The notes under the pieces were generated by a model that had not been told where the DNA came from, did no database searches, and saw only the letters and a list, made by a program, of their open reading frames with translations. A DNA stretch of 64,000 nt from Octopus vulgaris (lineage: Eukaryota), in assembly GCA_951406725.2 (NCBI GenBank), contig OX597822.1, positions 19,716,001 to 19,780,000 of the forward strand, read 5' to 3'. Positions 13,745-28,743 of the stretch are shown piece after piece. The position numbers were made by a program, and so were the translations under genes. The first letter of the stretch is position 1. Every line of letters begins with the position of its first letter.

Positions 13745-14463
13745 TAAATAAAAGGAAGGAAAAGACTTCCTTTCATATCCCACCCACATAAAATCTAAAA
13801 AAAGATATTACACATGGTGGAAAAATTGGTTTCCTACCACATCTTAAAATAATAATGATGAGAAAGTCATAAAAATTAAGAATTTCTTTCAAAAAGACTT
13901 CATTTCTTTGTTATGTATATTCATGCTCCAATTTGCCTAACGTTGGGACATGAATATACATAATACAGAAATGAAGTTTTTTTTAAAAGAAATTCCTAAT
14001 TTTTATGACTATTTTAAGACATGCTAGGAAACCAATTTTCCATCATGTGCAATATTTAAAAAAAAATTATTGGGATGGGGATGGGAGCTAAAAGGAAATC
14101 TTTCCAAAGGATATTTTTCCTAAAAATATTTAAAGAATGTTTTACTTTTCATAATGTCTTTACAACAGTCGTAAAGACAAATCACCCTTTCGCTTTACTG
14201 TTTCAAGGGAGCTAACTCTTCTTCATGAAACAGAGTTAGCTCCCTTGAAACAGTGAGAGTGAAAGGGAGATTTGTCTTTACGACTGTCGTAAAGACATTA
14301 TGGAAAGTAAAACATTCTTTAAATATTTTTAGGAAAAATATCCTTTGGAAAGATTTCCTTTTAGCCCCCACCCCCACCCCAATAATTTAAAAAAAAATAT
14401 TGCACATGATGGAAAATTGGTTTCCTAGCATGTCTTAAATAGTAATGATTAGAAAGACTTCAT
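13745..14463. repeat. Triple alternating inverted repeat (A / A' / A) forming two overlapping hairpins
   Basis: 14008-14218 pairs with 14232-14443 at high identity. ~13755-13925 pairs with ~13949-14110 at lower identity. Confidence 0.88.
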
Positions 14464-14486
14464 ATATTTTAAAAAGACACACACAC

Positions 14487-14555
<69 letters not shown>

Positions 14556-14560
14556 TATAT

Positions 14561-14869
14561 AAATCATATATTTATTTTTTTATCTTTTACTTTATTGACG
14601 GCGGCGGCCATACTGGGCACCACCTTAAAGGATTTTAGTCGAACAAATCGACCCCAGAACTTGTTCTATCGTTCTCTTATGATACCAACACCGGTTGTCA
14701 AGCGGACAAACACAGATACACACAAACACACACACACAAACACAAGCATACACACATGTAGATAAATATAGCATCAGATGTTGCTACACATCGCTGGTCA
14801 CAATACGTTCGCATTGTTTCGAAGGCTAAGCGAGCAGGCCAACAGAAGAAAGAGTGGTGAAAGAGATCC
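14561..14869. repeat. Left copy of a ~305-bp inverted duplication (partner 25193-25498)
   Basis: Composite of two SINE remnants; the reverse complement of 25193-25498 with about 1 substitution seen. Confidence 0.92.
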
Positions 14870-15426
14870 TTTGTCCACCTTCTCTCTTTCCTCATCTGTC
14901 CCTTTCTCCTGTCTTTTGTCCCCACGTGACCGCTAGCCACCGCTGGGCCCCCTTTTCGTTCCAGCAGTCGTCGAAGCAACACGTTTTTGTTTGTCTCTCG
15001 CGGCCATAAGGCACAACTCCATAAGTCAGCCCCAACTCAACTCGTCCTGTCGAAAGACTCTTGTCCTACGTCCTGGTTTTGTTTTGTATTTTATCTTTAC
15101 CGTTATTGTTTTTACGTTTTTGTATTCTTATTCGTGCTTTCCTTATTGTTTTCACGTATTCTGTATTTTTATTCGTGTACATCGTTCGTTTTCCGTCCTT
15201 GTGTTGTATACATTCGAAGCTTTCTTCCAAGGGATCTAATGCGCTTGGCTTAGATTTCCTTGGGGCTGCCCAGATCGGAGCAATCTCAAGATTAATCAGC
15301 CGAAATTGCGAAGATGATCTGGTTCTTGACTGATGACTGAGGGCTTCGAATGTCCCGTCCTGTGGTTCTTGTGTCGTCTCCTTGGTGTTTCACGTTCTTG
15401 TCCCAGTTTGTATTTATTTTTTACTG

Positions 15427-15511
<85 letters not shown>

Positions 15512-15512
<1 letters not shown>

Positions 15513-16366
15513 CTGCCAAACTCAACATCCTAGTGGCAGACTTAATTAGAGTAATGAGGAATGTATCACCACTATGCCAACCACAAGAACGACAACAACA
15601 CATCCAGCACTACATATTCCGAATGCAACGCTCCGGATACACACAAGACGATAGAGTCAGGGTGTACGAAAGAGCGAAAGCTAGATTCGAACGCATTCTA
15701 AGGAACGACGAAAACGGTATATGCCCCCTATACCGCAACAAGTTCTGGAATAGGTTAGAGAGGGACACCAACAAAAGGATGAGAAACGTTACTTGGTACG
15801 ATAACAGGAGATTTCACGGAGTAATGTTCGTTGACGCCACACCTAAGAACGAGCTAAGTAAGGTATTCAAGAAAATCCTGCGCACTACTGGCCTAAAAAT
15901 TAAAGTTGTAGAAAAGACAGGTAGGACTATTAAATCGGCATTATGCAGATCATATCCATTTGATAGAATCACCTGTCAAAGTAATTGTGCAGTATGTTCG
16001 ACAAATCCACATGTAAATTGCAAAACCAAGGGCACTGTATACCAGATTAAGTGCCAGGAGGGAGCTTGCGCGACTAACCCAGAGTCATACATAGGTGAGA
16101 CTTCTAGAAGCATCAATGATAGGTTCAAAGAACACCTGGACAACTACATTGAAAGGAAGCCAAACTCCATCTTCTACCAACATGCTGTAGACTGCCACAA
16201 AGGGTCTTTAGGGAAACTTAAGTTGAACATCCTATCAACACATCCCACCGATGCAATGTTGAGACAGGTCACAGAAGCTGTTTGTATACAAGAATACAAA
16301 CCTACTCTCAACCGAAAGTCCGAATGGAGTAACATCCAGATCCCATTCAGAAGGACTATTCTATAA
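15512..16366 (+). CDS. Penelope-like element ORF, 5'-truncated: RT C-terminus, Cys-rich linker and GIY-YIG endonuclease (Naiad-like, tentative)
   Basis: Stop-free ~284 codons starting right after (CA)n(TA)n. CQSNCAVC..NCKTKGTVYQIKC, YIGETSRSINDRFKEH, HAVDCH, RQVTEAVCI, LNRKSEW. Confidence 0.85.
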
Positions 16367-16531
16367 CCACCCCTCTCTCTCTTGTTTACTTGTAGTCCTT
16401 ACATACAGGTTACAATGCGTATGTGCAGTTATATATAACCGTATGAGCGTACGTTGTTTGATACGTACAGTTGCACTTAGGCGTTGTATCCATTCACAGT
16501 TAGACGGTGATGAGAGGAACAAACACACACC

Positions 16532-16577
<46 letters not shown>

Positions 16578-17363
16578 CGTCTATACAAACATATATGTGA
16601 ATATGTATACAACCTTCAACAAAGTAACAGTCATGTACACAACTTGGACGGACACATGCCAGTACACGGACATACGTTCACATACACATACACATGTACA
16701 CACTCTCACAGACACGTCAGCCCATTCTCCTAGACACTCACATACATACGTAGCACATGAGTACAAACATACATACATAACTACGTATGGGCATACACAT
16801 GTACATACGCACGTACATGTACGCACACACATACATGGGCACATGCATACGTGCGCGTATACATGTATACGCACATGCGTACGTATGTACATACACACAT
16901 ACATACATACATACATACATACATACATACATACATACATACGCACATACATACATACATACGCACAATAGTAAAACAAAAGTTCTGTGATATAGAGAAA
17001 AATATCTGATAATAGGTTTTAGGGTATAGTTTTGGGAGTAAGGGTCATAAATCACTTCCAGGCTTCGGCGGGGGGGGGGGGGAAGTTGAAATTTGATAGC
17101 TTTGTGATGAGTGGTCACTCTACATCTATCCATCGCTACAGGTTTATAGCTTTATGTTTATAGTGTGTATGTGCGTGCATATACACACACATGCATACAT
17201 ACATACATACATACATACATACATACATACATACATACATACATACATACATGCATACACAGGCGTATGTACGTACATGCATACATACATACATACACAC
17301 ATGTATGCATACGTACATATATATGACGAACTAACTGTTACTTTCTCAGATGCAGCACGGATT

Positions 17364-17413
17364 TTTGTCAGTGAACAGGTCGCGGATTTTAGCGACGAAA
17401 ATATTTTGACAAA
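17364..17413 (+). ncRNA. Candidate minimal type-I hammerhead ribozyme, G3-C8 variant (second copy)
   Basis: UUUGUCA [GUGAACA] G GUCGC-ggauuuua-GCGAC [GAAA] AUAU [UU] UGACAAA. Perfect 7-bp helix I and 5-bp helix II. Confidence 0.65.
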
Positions 17414-17489
17414 TTAAAATTAAAAGTGAATCGAATGGCTTTTGTGTGTTTCTTAAATGGCTTATAAACACCTTCCACGCTGCAATTGT

Positions 17490-17521
<32 letters not shown>

Positions 17522-17575
17522 TTGTACTTGTTTCAGTCATTTGACTGCGGCCATGCTGGAGCACCGCCTTTTAGA

Positions 17576-17724
17576 GTACAGCAGGGATCACCACCTCCTG
17601 CCGGAGCCTCGTGGAGCTTTTAGGTGTTTTCGCTCAATAAACACACACAACGCCCGGTCTGGGAATCGAAACCGCGATCCTCCGACCGCAAGTCCGCTGC
17701 CCTAACCACTAGGCCATTGCGCCT
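17576..17724 (-). mobile_element. tRNA-derived SINE family D head
   Basis: Minus strand GGCGCAATGGCCTAGTGGTTAGGGCAGCGGACT...GGTTTCGATTCCCAG with A and B boxes. A related copy starts at ~25062(+). Confidence 0.75.
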
Positions 17725-17739
17725 ATATATATATATGTG

Positions 17740-18157
<418 letters not shown>

Positions 18158-18160
18158 TTA

Positions 18161-18219
<59 letters not shown>

Positions 18220-18222
18220 ATG

Positions 18223-18257
<35 letters not shown>

Positions 18258-18268
18258 TATATAGAAGG

Positions 18269-18319
18269 AGCTTCTACAGGACTAGTACTGTTTCATTCAA
18301 GAGAAATCTTCAGGAAGCT
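18269..18319 (-). ncRNA. Type-I hammerhead ribozyme candidate (canonical C3-G8 core) at the 3' end of the Nematis-like PLE
   Basis: Minus strand: AGCUUC [CUGAAGA] U UUC-ucuu-GAA U [GAAA] CAG-uacuaguc-CUG [UA] GAAGCU. 6-bp helix I, GUA cleavage triplet, U.U mismatch at the base of helix II. Confidence 0.72.
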
Positions 18320-18659
18320 ATTTAACAAGAATTGTATTAGCATTTATACATTTAGGCAGGTTTAAAGGAGTGGTGGTGGGGGACTTTTTTGGGGGTAGGC
18401 ATAGCGCAAAATATCATACTTGGGGGAGTGGTCAAGGAGTCAGTGGTAAGTTAGATGAAAGAATAGATAAATAAAAAAATAAAATAAAAAAATAAAAAAA
18501 TAAAATAATAAAATAATAAAAAAATAAAAAAATAAAAAATATATATAAAAAATATATATATAAAAAAAATATATATATAAAAAAAGGGGGGATAGAGTTA
18601 TAGGTAAATAAGGAGATTCTCACTTATACCTATACACATATGTATACGCATCTACACAC

Positions 18660-18750
<91 letters not shown>

Positions 18751-19036
18751 TACATATCTACATACACACATACATACACCCGCCCACATATACAAATTTA
18801 TACACATGCACATGCATATACCTGTCTACACATACACACACGTATATATGCATACACTCACTCCCATGCATGCACGCATACACACATGTATATATATACA
18901 CACGACCACACATACATATATACACAGAAAAATATATATTCATACGCACATACACTCATGCACACACAACACACCTAGTTCCCTATATACACATATTTAC
19001 ACCTATATATACATACACCCACATACACATATGTAG

Positions 19037-19069
<33 letters not shown>

Positions 19070-19168
19070 CACGCATACATATATATACATGTGTGCACAT
19101 ACATACATATACACACATACATACACATACACATACACATGTGTACCTATACATACCTACACATACAC

Positions 19169-19215
<47 letters not shown>

Positions 19216-19604
19216 CCAATACAGGCCCATTCCCTAATTTTAATTTTATTATCTTCATTTATTACTTTTGTTATCTTTGATCGCTAGAGCTAAGGATCCT
19301 GGCTATGGCAGCATGTCCATTTGTCTGTCTACTAGAAGGCAAGTACTCATTCCCGCACGCACACTCATTAGCACGTACATTCACCCATTCGTACACTCAT
19401 ACACATACACGTACGCACGCGTTATATTCATACATACAAACATCTACATACGTTCACGTATATACACATACGTACTCGTACCTACAGATTCGTGTCTACA
19501 CTTTAGGAGGCTAGTCTATACATATACACCAATAAATATACATATATATATATATACACATATACATACACACACACACATATACTCCTACATACAGATA
19601 CATA

Positions 19605-19662
<58 letters not shown>

Positions 19663-19864
19663 CATACACATACACACATATACATACACACACATACATA
19701 CACATATATATACATACACAAACATATATACACACATATATATATATATACACACATACACACACATACATACATATACACACAAACACATACATACGTA
19801 TACATACATACATACATCCATACATCCATACTTACATGCATTTATACGCATACACACACCCCCA

Positions 19865-19909
<45 letters not shown>

Positions 19910-20296
19910 TCACACATACATATACAAATATACGCACACACATACATACATACACGTATACACATACACGCACATACACATATACATGCTTACCCATACA
20001 CGTGCACACACGCACGTGCATCCATATATATACACACACACACATATATACACGTGTGCAAGCATACATACATACTCATACACGCACACATACTTACATA
20101 TACATATATGCACACACGCACGCGCATCCATATATATACACACACACACACATATATATACACGTGTGCAAGCATACATACATACTCATACACGCACACA
20201 TACTTACATATACATATATGCACACACTTACACACATATATATACATACACATATACATGCATACATACATATATGCATACATACACACACGCGCA

Positions 20297-20364
<68 letters not shown>

Positions 20365-20531
20365 TACACATACATATACACACACACATACATATACATA
20401 CACATACACATACATACATATATATATATACACATATATACACATATACACATACATATATACACATATACATACATATACATACACACACACATACATA
20501 TATACATATACACTGATACACATACCCATAC

Positions 20532-20564
<33 letters not shown>

Positions 20565-20647
20565 TATACACATGCATATACTTATATCTCTACATACTCA
20601 CATATAAACATATATATATATACACACATATATATATACATGTACAT

Positions 20648-20721
<74 letters not shown>

Positions 20722-21619
20722 TACATATACACATATACATGTATACATACGCAATAATGATACACATATATACGCGTACACACACACAGACAGATGCATA
20801 TACATACATATATATATAAATTACATATCTATATAAATACATACATAGTACACATATACACACACATATATATACATGCATATACATATACAAATATACA
20901 TACACATACATACACACACACGCGCACACATACATATACACACACACATATACAAATACATACATACACACATACACACACACACATATATACATACATG
21001 TACACATATACACATATATATATATCAACAAGGGAGGGTAAAGTTAATTAGTTATTAATCAATTTCACCAAGTATTCAGTATGTAAAGGGACCATTATTA
21101 TTTTGAGTAAACAATGTTAGAGGGAAAAAATTCTCTAAGTAGTGGAAGAGGCTAAAAAACTTTATTGGCTGCTATTTCTAGAAAGTTTAGTATCTGGCAA
21201 AGTAATTTATTTTATTTTACTAAGCCCTAATTATATAATATTTTATACATACATACACATACATAAACACATACATTTACACATACATATGCATATACGT
21301 ATATACACATATACATACAAACACATATACATATATACACACACACACACATACAAGCACATACATATATATATATATATACATATATGCAAATATATAT
21401 ACATATATATATTTTTACATGCATACATACACACACACACACACAATACATGCGTATATTCCTACTGTACCCATGCATTTCCATACATATATACATACAT
21501 ACGATACACATATACAAGCGTGCACATACAATATGTGAAAGGTCTTAGGAGAAAAGGTAATCGGGGGTGCTAGGGGAACAGTGGGGTTGGGGGGGGGTTG
21601 TAGGGGGGGGGGTTTGTCA

Positions 21620-22591
21620 TCAATCAGGTTGCCGGGTAGGTCTATAGTTCTTGTAGTTCGCATACTTCTTATGCATGCAATTTGGGGAGTGTTCTGAAAA
21701 TTTGTTAAGGAGAGGGCCTTTGGCGAACAAGATCTCTAGGCTCTCTGATATGCATAGGTCACAGCAGGTATGTCCTCCTGTGTACGAGCGCGCCTTCTGT
21801 AGTAGTTTCCACTTGGTCTTGAAGGGGATTGAGTTCCTTTTAAGGTACCAGATGTGGGCGGCGAGGGTAGTTTGGTTGGATTTATCCTGTCGCCGGAACG
21901 AGTGTGTGTGTGCGTACCAGCGGGTCTTAAAGCTGTTTGACGTCATTCCAATGTAGGATTTACTTTTATCGTCAAGGCCTGATCTTACCTCGCATTTATA
22001 TACTAGGTCCCTCTGTAGGCAGTTGTTGTTGAGGGGGCAGGTGGTTTTATCATGGCAGTTGCAACTGCTATCGGACGTTGGATGGGCCCCGGAGAAAATA
22101 GATATGTTAAGTTTTTTCACATTGTTGTTGGCTAGGTTCCTGGCTAGATTGGGCGTGGTAGAGTAGGAGAGTCTAATAGTGTTCTTATTTAGGATAGTGT
22201 AGTACTTATGTTGGGTGGGGAAGTGTTTCTGTAGGAGAGTGAAAAAGATCTTAGCTACAGGTGTAGCGACCTCACGGTTGAAGGGGGGTTGTACCAGCTA
22301 ATGTGTCTTCGTCTATTTTTCCTGGGTTGGCGTGGGGCTATACTAGTGTAGGTAATCTTATCTTTAAAACCACTGCGGGCCAGGGCCTCGTTGTAATAGG
22401 GGGCTGCGGCCTTAAAGATATCTTCCGTGGCGGACAGGCTAGAGATTCTAATTGAGACACTTTTTACTAGGTTATCTAATATATTTTTGGGGTGGTTGGA
22501 ATTGATATCTATATATCTAAGGGATTCATTTGGTTTGTGGTACGGGTAATAAAGTGAGGTTTTTAAGTCGAGGGTGACATCGAGGAAGTTA
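21620..22591 (-). pseudogene. PLE RT C-terminus plus GIY-YIG endonuclease, one frameshift near 22280
   Basis: NFLDVTLDL..YHKPN..YI..NSNHP, WYNPP, CNC..KTTCPL..NC..LVYKC, YIGMTSNSFKTRW..H, CDLCISE, LLNK.SE...CMH. Confidence 0.9.
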
Positions 22592-22872
22592 TCATTCATG
22601 CATAAAGGGGAAGTATACACCACATTGGCTACTTCTTCTGTTCTCTCAGTTCAGCCTTTCTGCTAATACTGACAGGTCAGTAAAAACATACTTAAAATAT
22701 TCTGAGATGTACAAAAAAGCCATTTTAATTTTTGCTGTCAAAACGCTGTATATATATACCAAAGATTGTATATATATACATGTAATGTGACAATTTGCGA
22801 CAACCAATAATTAACGCAACCAATTCCCAATAATATATTTGTTTTATCCTTTTCTGCCAAATTTTCCCAAAT

Positions 22873-23101
22873 AATGTGACAATTATGTATAAAAAAACAT
22901 TTTTGAATTCATAATATCCAATGTGACAATTATGTAAAAAACTTTTTTGAATGCATAATATTCAATGTGACAATTATGTAAAAAACTTTTTTTGAACCCA
23001 TAATATCCAATGTGACAATTATGTAAAAAACTTTTTTGAATGCATAATATTCAATGTGACAATTATGTAAAAAACTTTTTTTGAACCCATATTATTCAAT
23101 G
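22873..23101. repeat. 44-45-bp minisatellite x5 with alternating A/B units
   Basis: AATGTGACAATTATGTAAAAAACTTTTTTGAA(TG/CC)CATAATAT(T/C)C repeated. Confidence 0.9.
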
Positions 23102-23195
23102 TTTCCTTAAATGTAACTTTTGACAATCTTTTACCAAAGAGTGAAACCGGTTAAGTAAATAAACATCGTTTAAATTGCATTTTCAAACCTTTTTT

Positions 23196-25062
<1,867 letters not shown>

Positions 25063-25192
25063 GGAGGCGCAATGACCCAGTAGTTAGGGCAGCAGACTCG
25101 CGGTTTCGATTCCCAGTCTGGGCGTTGTGAGTGTCTATTGAGGCTCCGGCAGGTGGGGGGGGGGTGTGATCTCTTTCACCACTCTTTCTCTC

Positions 25193-25498
25193 ACTCTTTC
25201 ACCACTCTTTCTTCTGTTGGCCTGCTCGCTTAGCCTTCGAAACAATGCGAACGCATTGTGACCAGCGATGTGTAGCAACATCTGATGCTATATTTATCTA
25301 CATGTGTGTATGCTTGTGTTTGTGTGTGTGTGTTTGTGTGTATCTGTGTTTGTCCGCTTGACAACCGGTGTTGGTATCATAAGAGAACGATAGAACAAGT
25401 TCTGGGGTCGATTTGTTCGACTAAAATCCTTTAAGGTGGTGCCCAGTATGGCCGCCGCCGTCAATAAAGTAAAAGATAAAAAAATAAATATATGATTT
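25193..25498. repeat. Right copy of the ~305-bp inverted duplication
   Basis: Reverse complement of 14561-14866. Continues leftward into the SINE head at 25062. Confidence 0.92.
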
Positions 25499-25744
25499 TA
25501 AAACTTCATTAGTGAGAAGGAATTTCTCCAGTGAAACTTTTTGGTAAAAATCTAAGGCTGGGAATTGTTTAACACGACATACAGCAAAGAGAGTGGACAA
25601 TACTGACGTCTTTGGCAACAATGCTCACTCGGCCGATATCAGCGCTTGGCCAAGTTGCTCATAGAGTTAGGCTAGAAGGGCCAGGCCCCTTATTTATTTG
25701 TTAAGTCTGTTAGTAAGTTTTCCTAATTTACTCCAATCCGGATC

Positions 25745-25965
25745 CCCAATGCAAACCTTCGAATCAACCTTCTCTAATGCAGATCTCTAAAGCAACCTTA
25801 TCCAGTCCAAATCTTTGAGTCAACCTTTTTCACTGCAGATCTCCGATGCAAACCTTCGATGCATCCTTATCCAGTGCAAACCTTCGATGCAACCTTCTCC
25901 AATGCAGATCTTCGATGCAGACCTCCGAGGCAACCTTCTCCAATGCATATCTTCGATGCAGCCTT
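25745..25965. repeat. Degenerate ~29-bp minisatellite (CAACCTTCTCCAATGCAGATCTTCGATG) within a GC-richer unclassified segment
   Basis: About 7 diverged units visible. Confidence 0.75.
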
Positions 25966-28322
25966 GACCGATAGTATCCCTAGGAGGGGTTAGGACCAGA
26001 TTGGGATTAGTCGCTGCCTTTTAGAGGCTCCCGAGCCCCCTTTCGCTCGGTTAGCTTAGGCTTAGGTTAAGGCTTAGTTGTGATCCGAACATAACCTCTT
26101 CTGACACAGAGGATCGGAAGCCCACGGGCTAAGGAGGGTTTGATGATGGGGCGGGGTTTTCAAAAGGGCCGGCATGTGCAACCTGATCACCTCTGCCGGT
26201 CAAACTCCTAACCCATGCGTTCCCGTCGCAAAGCTGATTCTGCAGAATTGGGTTGGGTGAGAAAACCAACTTTAAAGTATAAATATAGATTTTTTTGAAT
26301 CAGCAATGTTGTGTTCGGTTAAGTCCTATTTTGGGTGAAAAATCAATAAACTGATTCCTTATGGGGTTTTCCATTCAATCAGGATGAAAAATCGATAAAG
26401 CAGTCCCTTATAGGATTTCCCACTAAAATTGGCAACACCCCATTTTCAACCATAACTTTTACCAATTTTGACGTATTTTGTTCAAAATTGATGCCGGCGT
26501 TACTTAGGACTCATGGGATCTTTGAATGCTTTAAGTTCTCAAAATAAATAAATAAATGAATAAAAATCGATGAGTGGAAAAATCGATAAACCGATTCCTT
26601 ATGGGATTTCCGAATCAAATTGTTTGCAACCTACTTTCAGCCGAACGTTTGCCAATTTCAACGGATTTGACGGGGGTGTAACTTAGTTTGGTTTGAAACA
26701 AAGCGCTTGATTAGCTCAGTAATCCTAGCTTAATCCCAGGCAACGCCGGGCTATACAGTTACATTCACAGAAATACCCCTTGGCGTGCCAGTAGTCATAG
26801 TGCATTGCATATACCGTTCTATGACAATCCATACAACGGCTAGATGTGGTTTCTCTATAGAACGCACTTCACTTCATAAGACTTGTCCACTCCACGTTTC
26901 CTAACATTTTAGGGTCAAGTGGTGATGTTAAACAAAGTGACACTGAAATTAATGTCACTGAAATTGGTCACTGAAATTAGTTCGAAACCTCTCTTTTAAT
27001 AGATTTTTCACATTCACAGACATATGCGAAATTTTCTGTAAAGGGGAACAACTCTGTTTGGAATATCCAAAAGTTTATGCAAGTATTATAAAATATATTA
27101 CGCAATTATTTCACTATAAAATTACACATATCAATATTCTTTTATTTAATGAACCCGTAGAGAAACAAAATTAGAATTCTTGATACGAATTCGAAGAGGA
27201 ATATGTCCGAACCGACCCATGATGCAGGCTCGTCAACAGACTTTGGTGACTGGGGTTGCTTCAAAATATTCTGGGTGGACACTAATTTGTATTGCGGGGA
27301 GATTTTTGTAAACTCTATTTTCTAAATCTGAGGGTGCACCATAGAATAGTGAGGGTGCAGAATCGTCCAGTGCCTTCCTCCACCTTAGCGATGAGTATAC
27401 TATGGTAAAAAGTGTTCCAGTTGTGATCACCACATGCTTAGGACTACCTGATCTATGTGTGATTTGAGAGTGATTTGGCTGGTATTTCTTGCAGGTGGAA
27501 CAATGACATATATTAATTAATGGTGGAAGGTGTTAACTTTCGAAATCTGCTTTAAACCAAGCAATCTCATTCTTTTCATAGAAATATTTATTTAAGGATA
27601 TGTGGAATTGCTGAGTAGTAGTGGTTGTGTCATGATTTAGACAGTGGACATAATGTTATGCCAGAGAATGGAAATGCCATTTCGGGAATAAAAAGTTGTT
27701 TCCTTATCTAATTTATTCAGTAACTCTACATTTTCAAGAATAGATAACACTGGAGAACAACTTTAAAAATGGTTTGTGGTACCTCAGATTTTGGTTCCGA
27801 TTCTTGAAATACTCACGCCACTGAATAAAAATATGAGCATCTAGCAGCTCTAGATTTTGAAACAAGGCTCTTATCAATAAAATATAACTATGGATCAATA
27901 CCAAATGGTTCTCAATTAGGGTAACTGAGCAGCAGGAAACAAATGCCATGGTCTTACAGAAGATATCATACCACAATCGCCAATGGCTAATCTGGGTGGA
28001 TCTTAAGATGGGGAATTTTCTCCTGGGCCAGTAGAATGGAATACACCAAGTACCTCTGTATTATCTGTTTCTGAGATAGTAGACTCAAGGATGAGCATTG
28101 GGTGAGGAAACAATGGTCATTGAGGCACAATCCCTAAAATTCTTGGGGAGGGGGCAAAGTCGATTACATCGACCCCAGTATCAACTGGTACTTATTTCAT
28201 CGACCCTGAAAGGGTGAAAGGCAAAGTCGATTTCAGCGGAATTTGAACTCAGACTGTACAGACGGACGAAGTACTGCTGAGCATTTTTCCCGGTGCGATA
28301 GCGATTCTGTTTGCTCGCCGCC

Positions 28323-28323
<1 letters not shown>

Positions 28324-28389
<66 letters not shown>

Positions 28390-28421
28390 GAATAATAATA
28401 ATAACGATAATAATAATAATG

Positions 28422-28483
<62 letters not shown>

Positions 28484-28499
28484 GATAATAATAATAATG

Positions 28500-28558
<59 letters not shown>

Positions 28559-28559
28559 G

Positions 28560-28618
<59 letters not shown>

Positions 28619-28631
28619 GATAATAATAATG

Positions 28632-28693
<62 letters not shown>

Positions 28694-28743
28694 GATAATA
28701 ATAATAATAATAATAATAACGATAATAATAATAATAATAAAAT
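28324..28743. repeat. (TAA)n microsatellite with periodic AAC-GAT/GAT variants
   Basis: Direct reading. The array continues at 31216-31983 and 33301-33394. Confidence 0.97.

Larger units (their letters stand above)
18250..22591 (-). mobile_element. Penelope-like element (Nematis-like, tentative), 5'-truncated, with a long microsatellite-rich 3' region
   Basis: ORF fragments at 21620-22591 and a hammerhead at 18269-18319 on the same strand. Assigning the intervening 3.3 kb to the element is inference. Confidence 0.65.

Noticed and set aside
15255-15350. CTGATGA and GGCTG...CAGCC GAAA motifs as a hammerhead
   Set aside because: I could not assemble them into a valid three-helix junction.
17640-17724. 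Possible tRNA gene
   Set aside because: A and B boxes are present, but the acceptor stem is not closed and the sequence runs into a SINE body repeated at 25062.
18640-21520. Long ORFs rich in YI/HT/VC dipeptides (e.g. 19268-20836, 522 aa)
   Set aside because: Translations of (TA)n/(CA)n microsatellites, open on both strands and in several frames, with no domain content.
22873-23101. CRISPR-like periodicity (also 7410-7892 and 9925-10110)
   Set aside because: Head-to-tail minisatellites without unique spacers, eukaryotic context, no cas genes.
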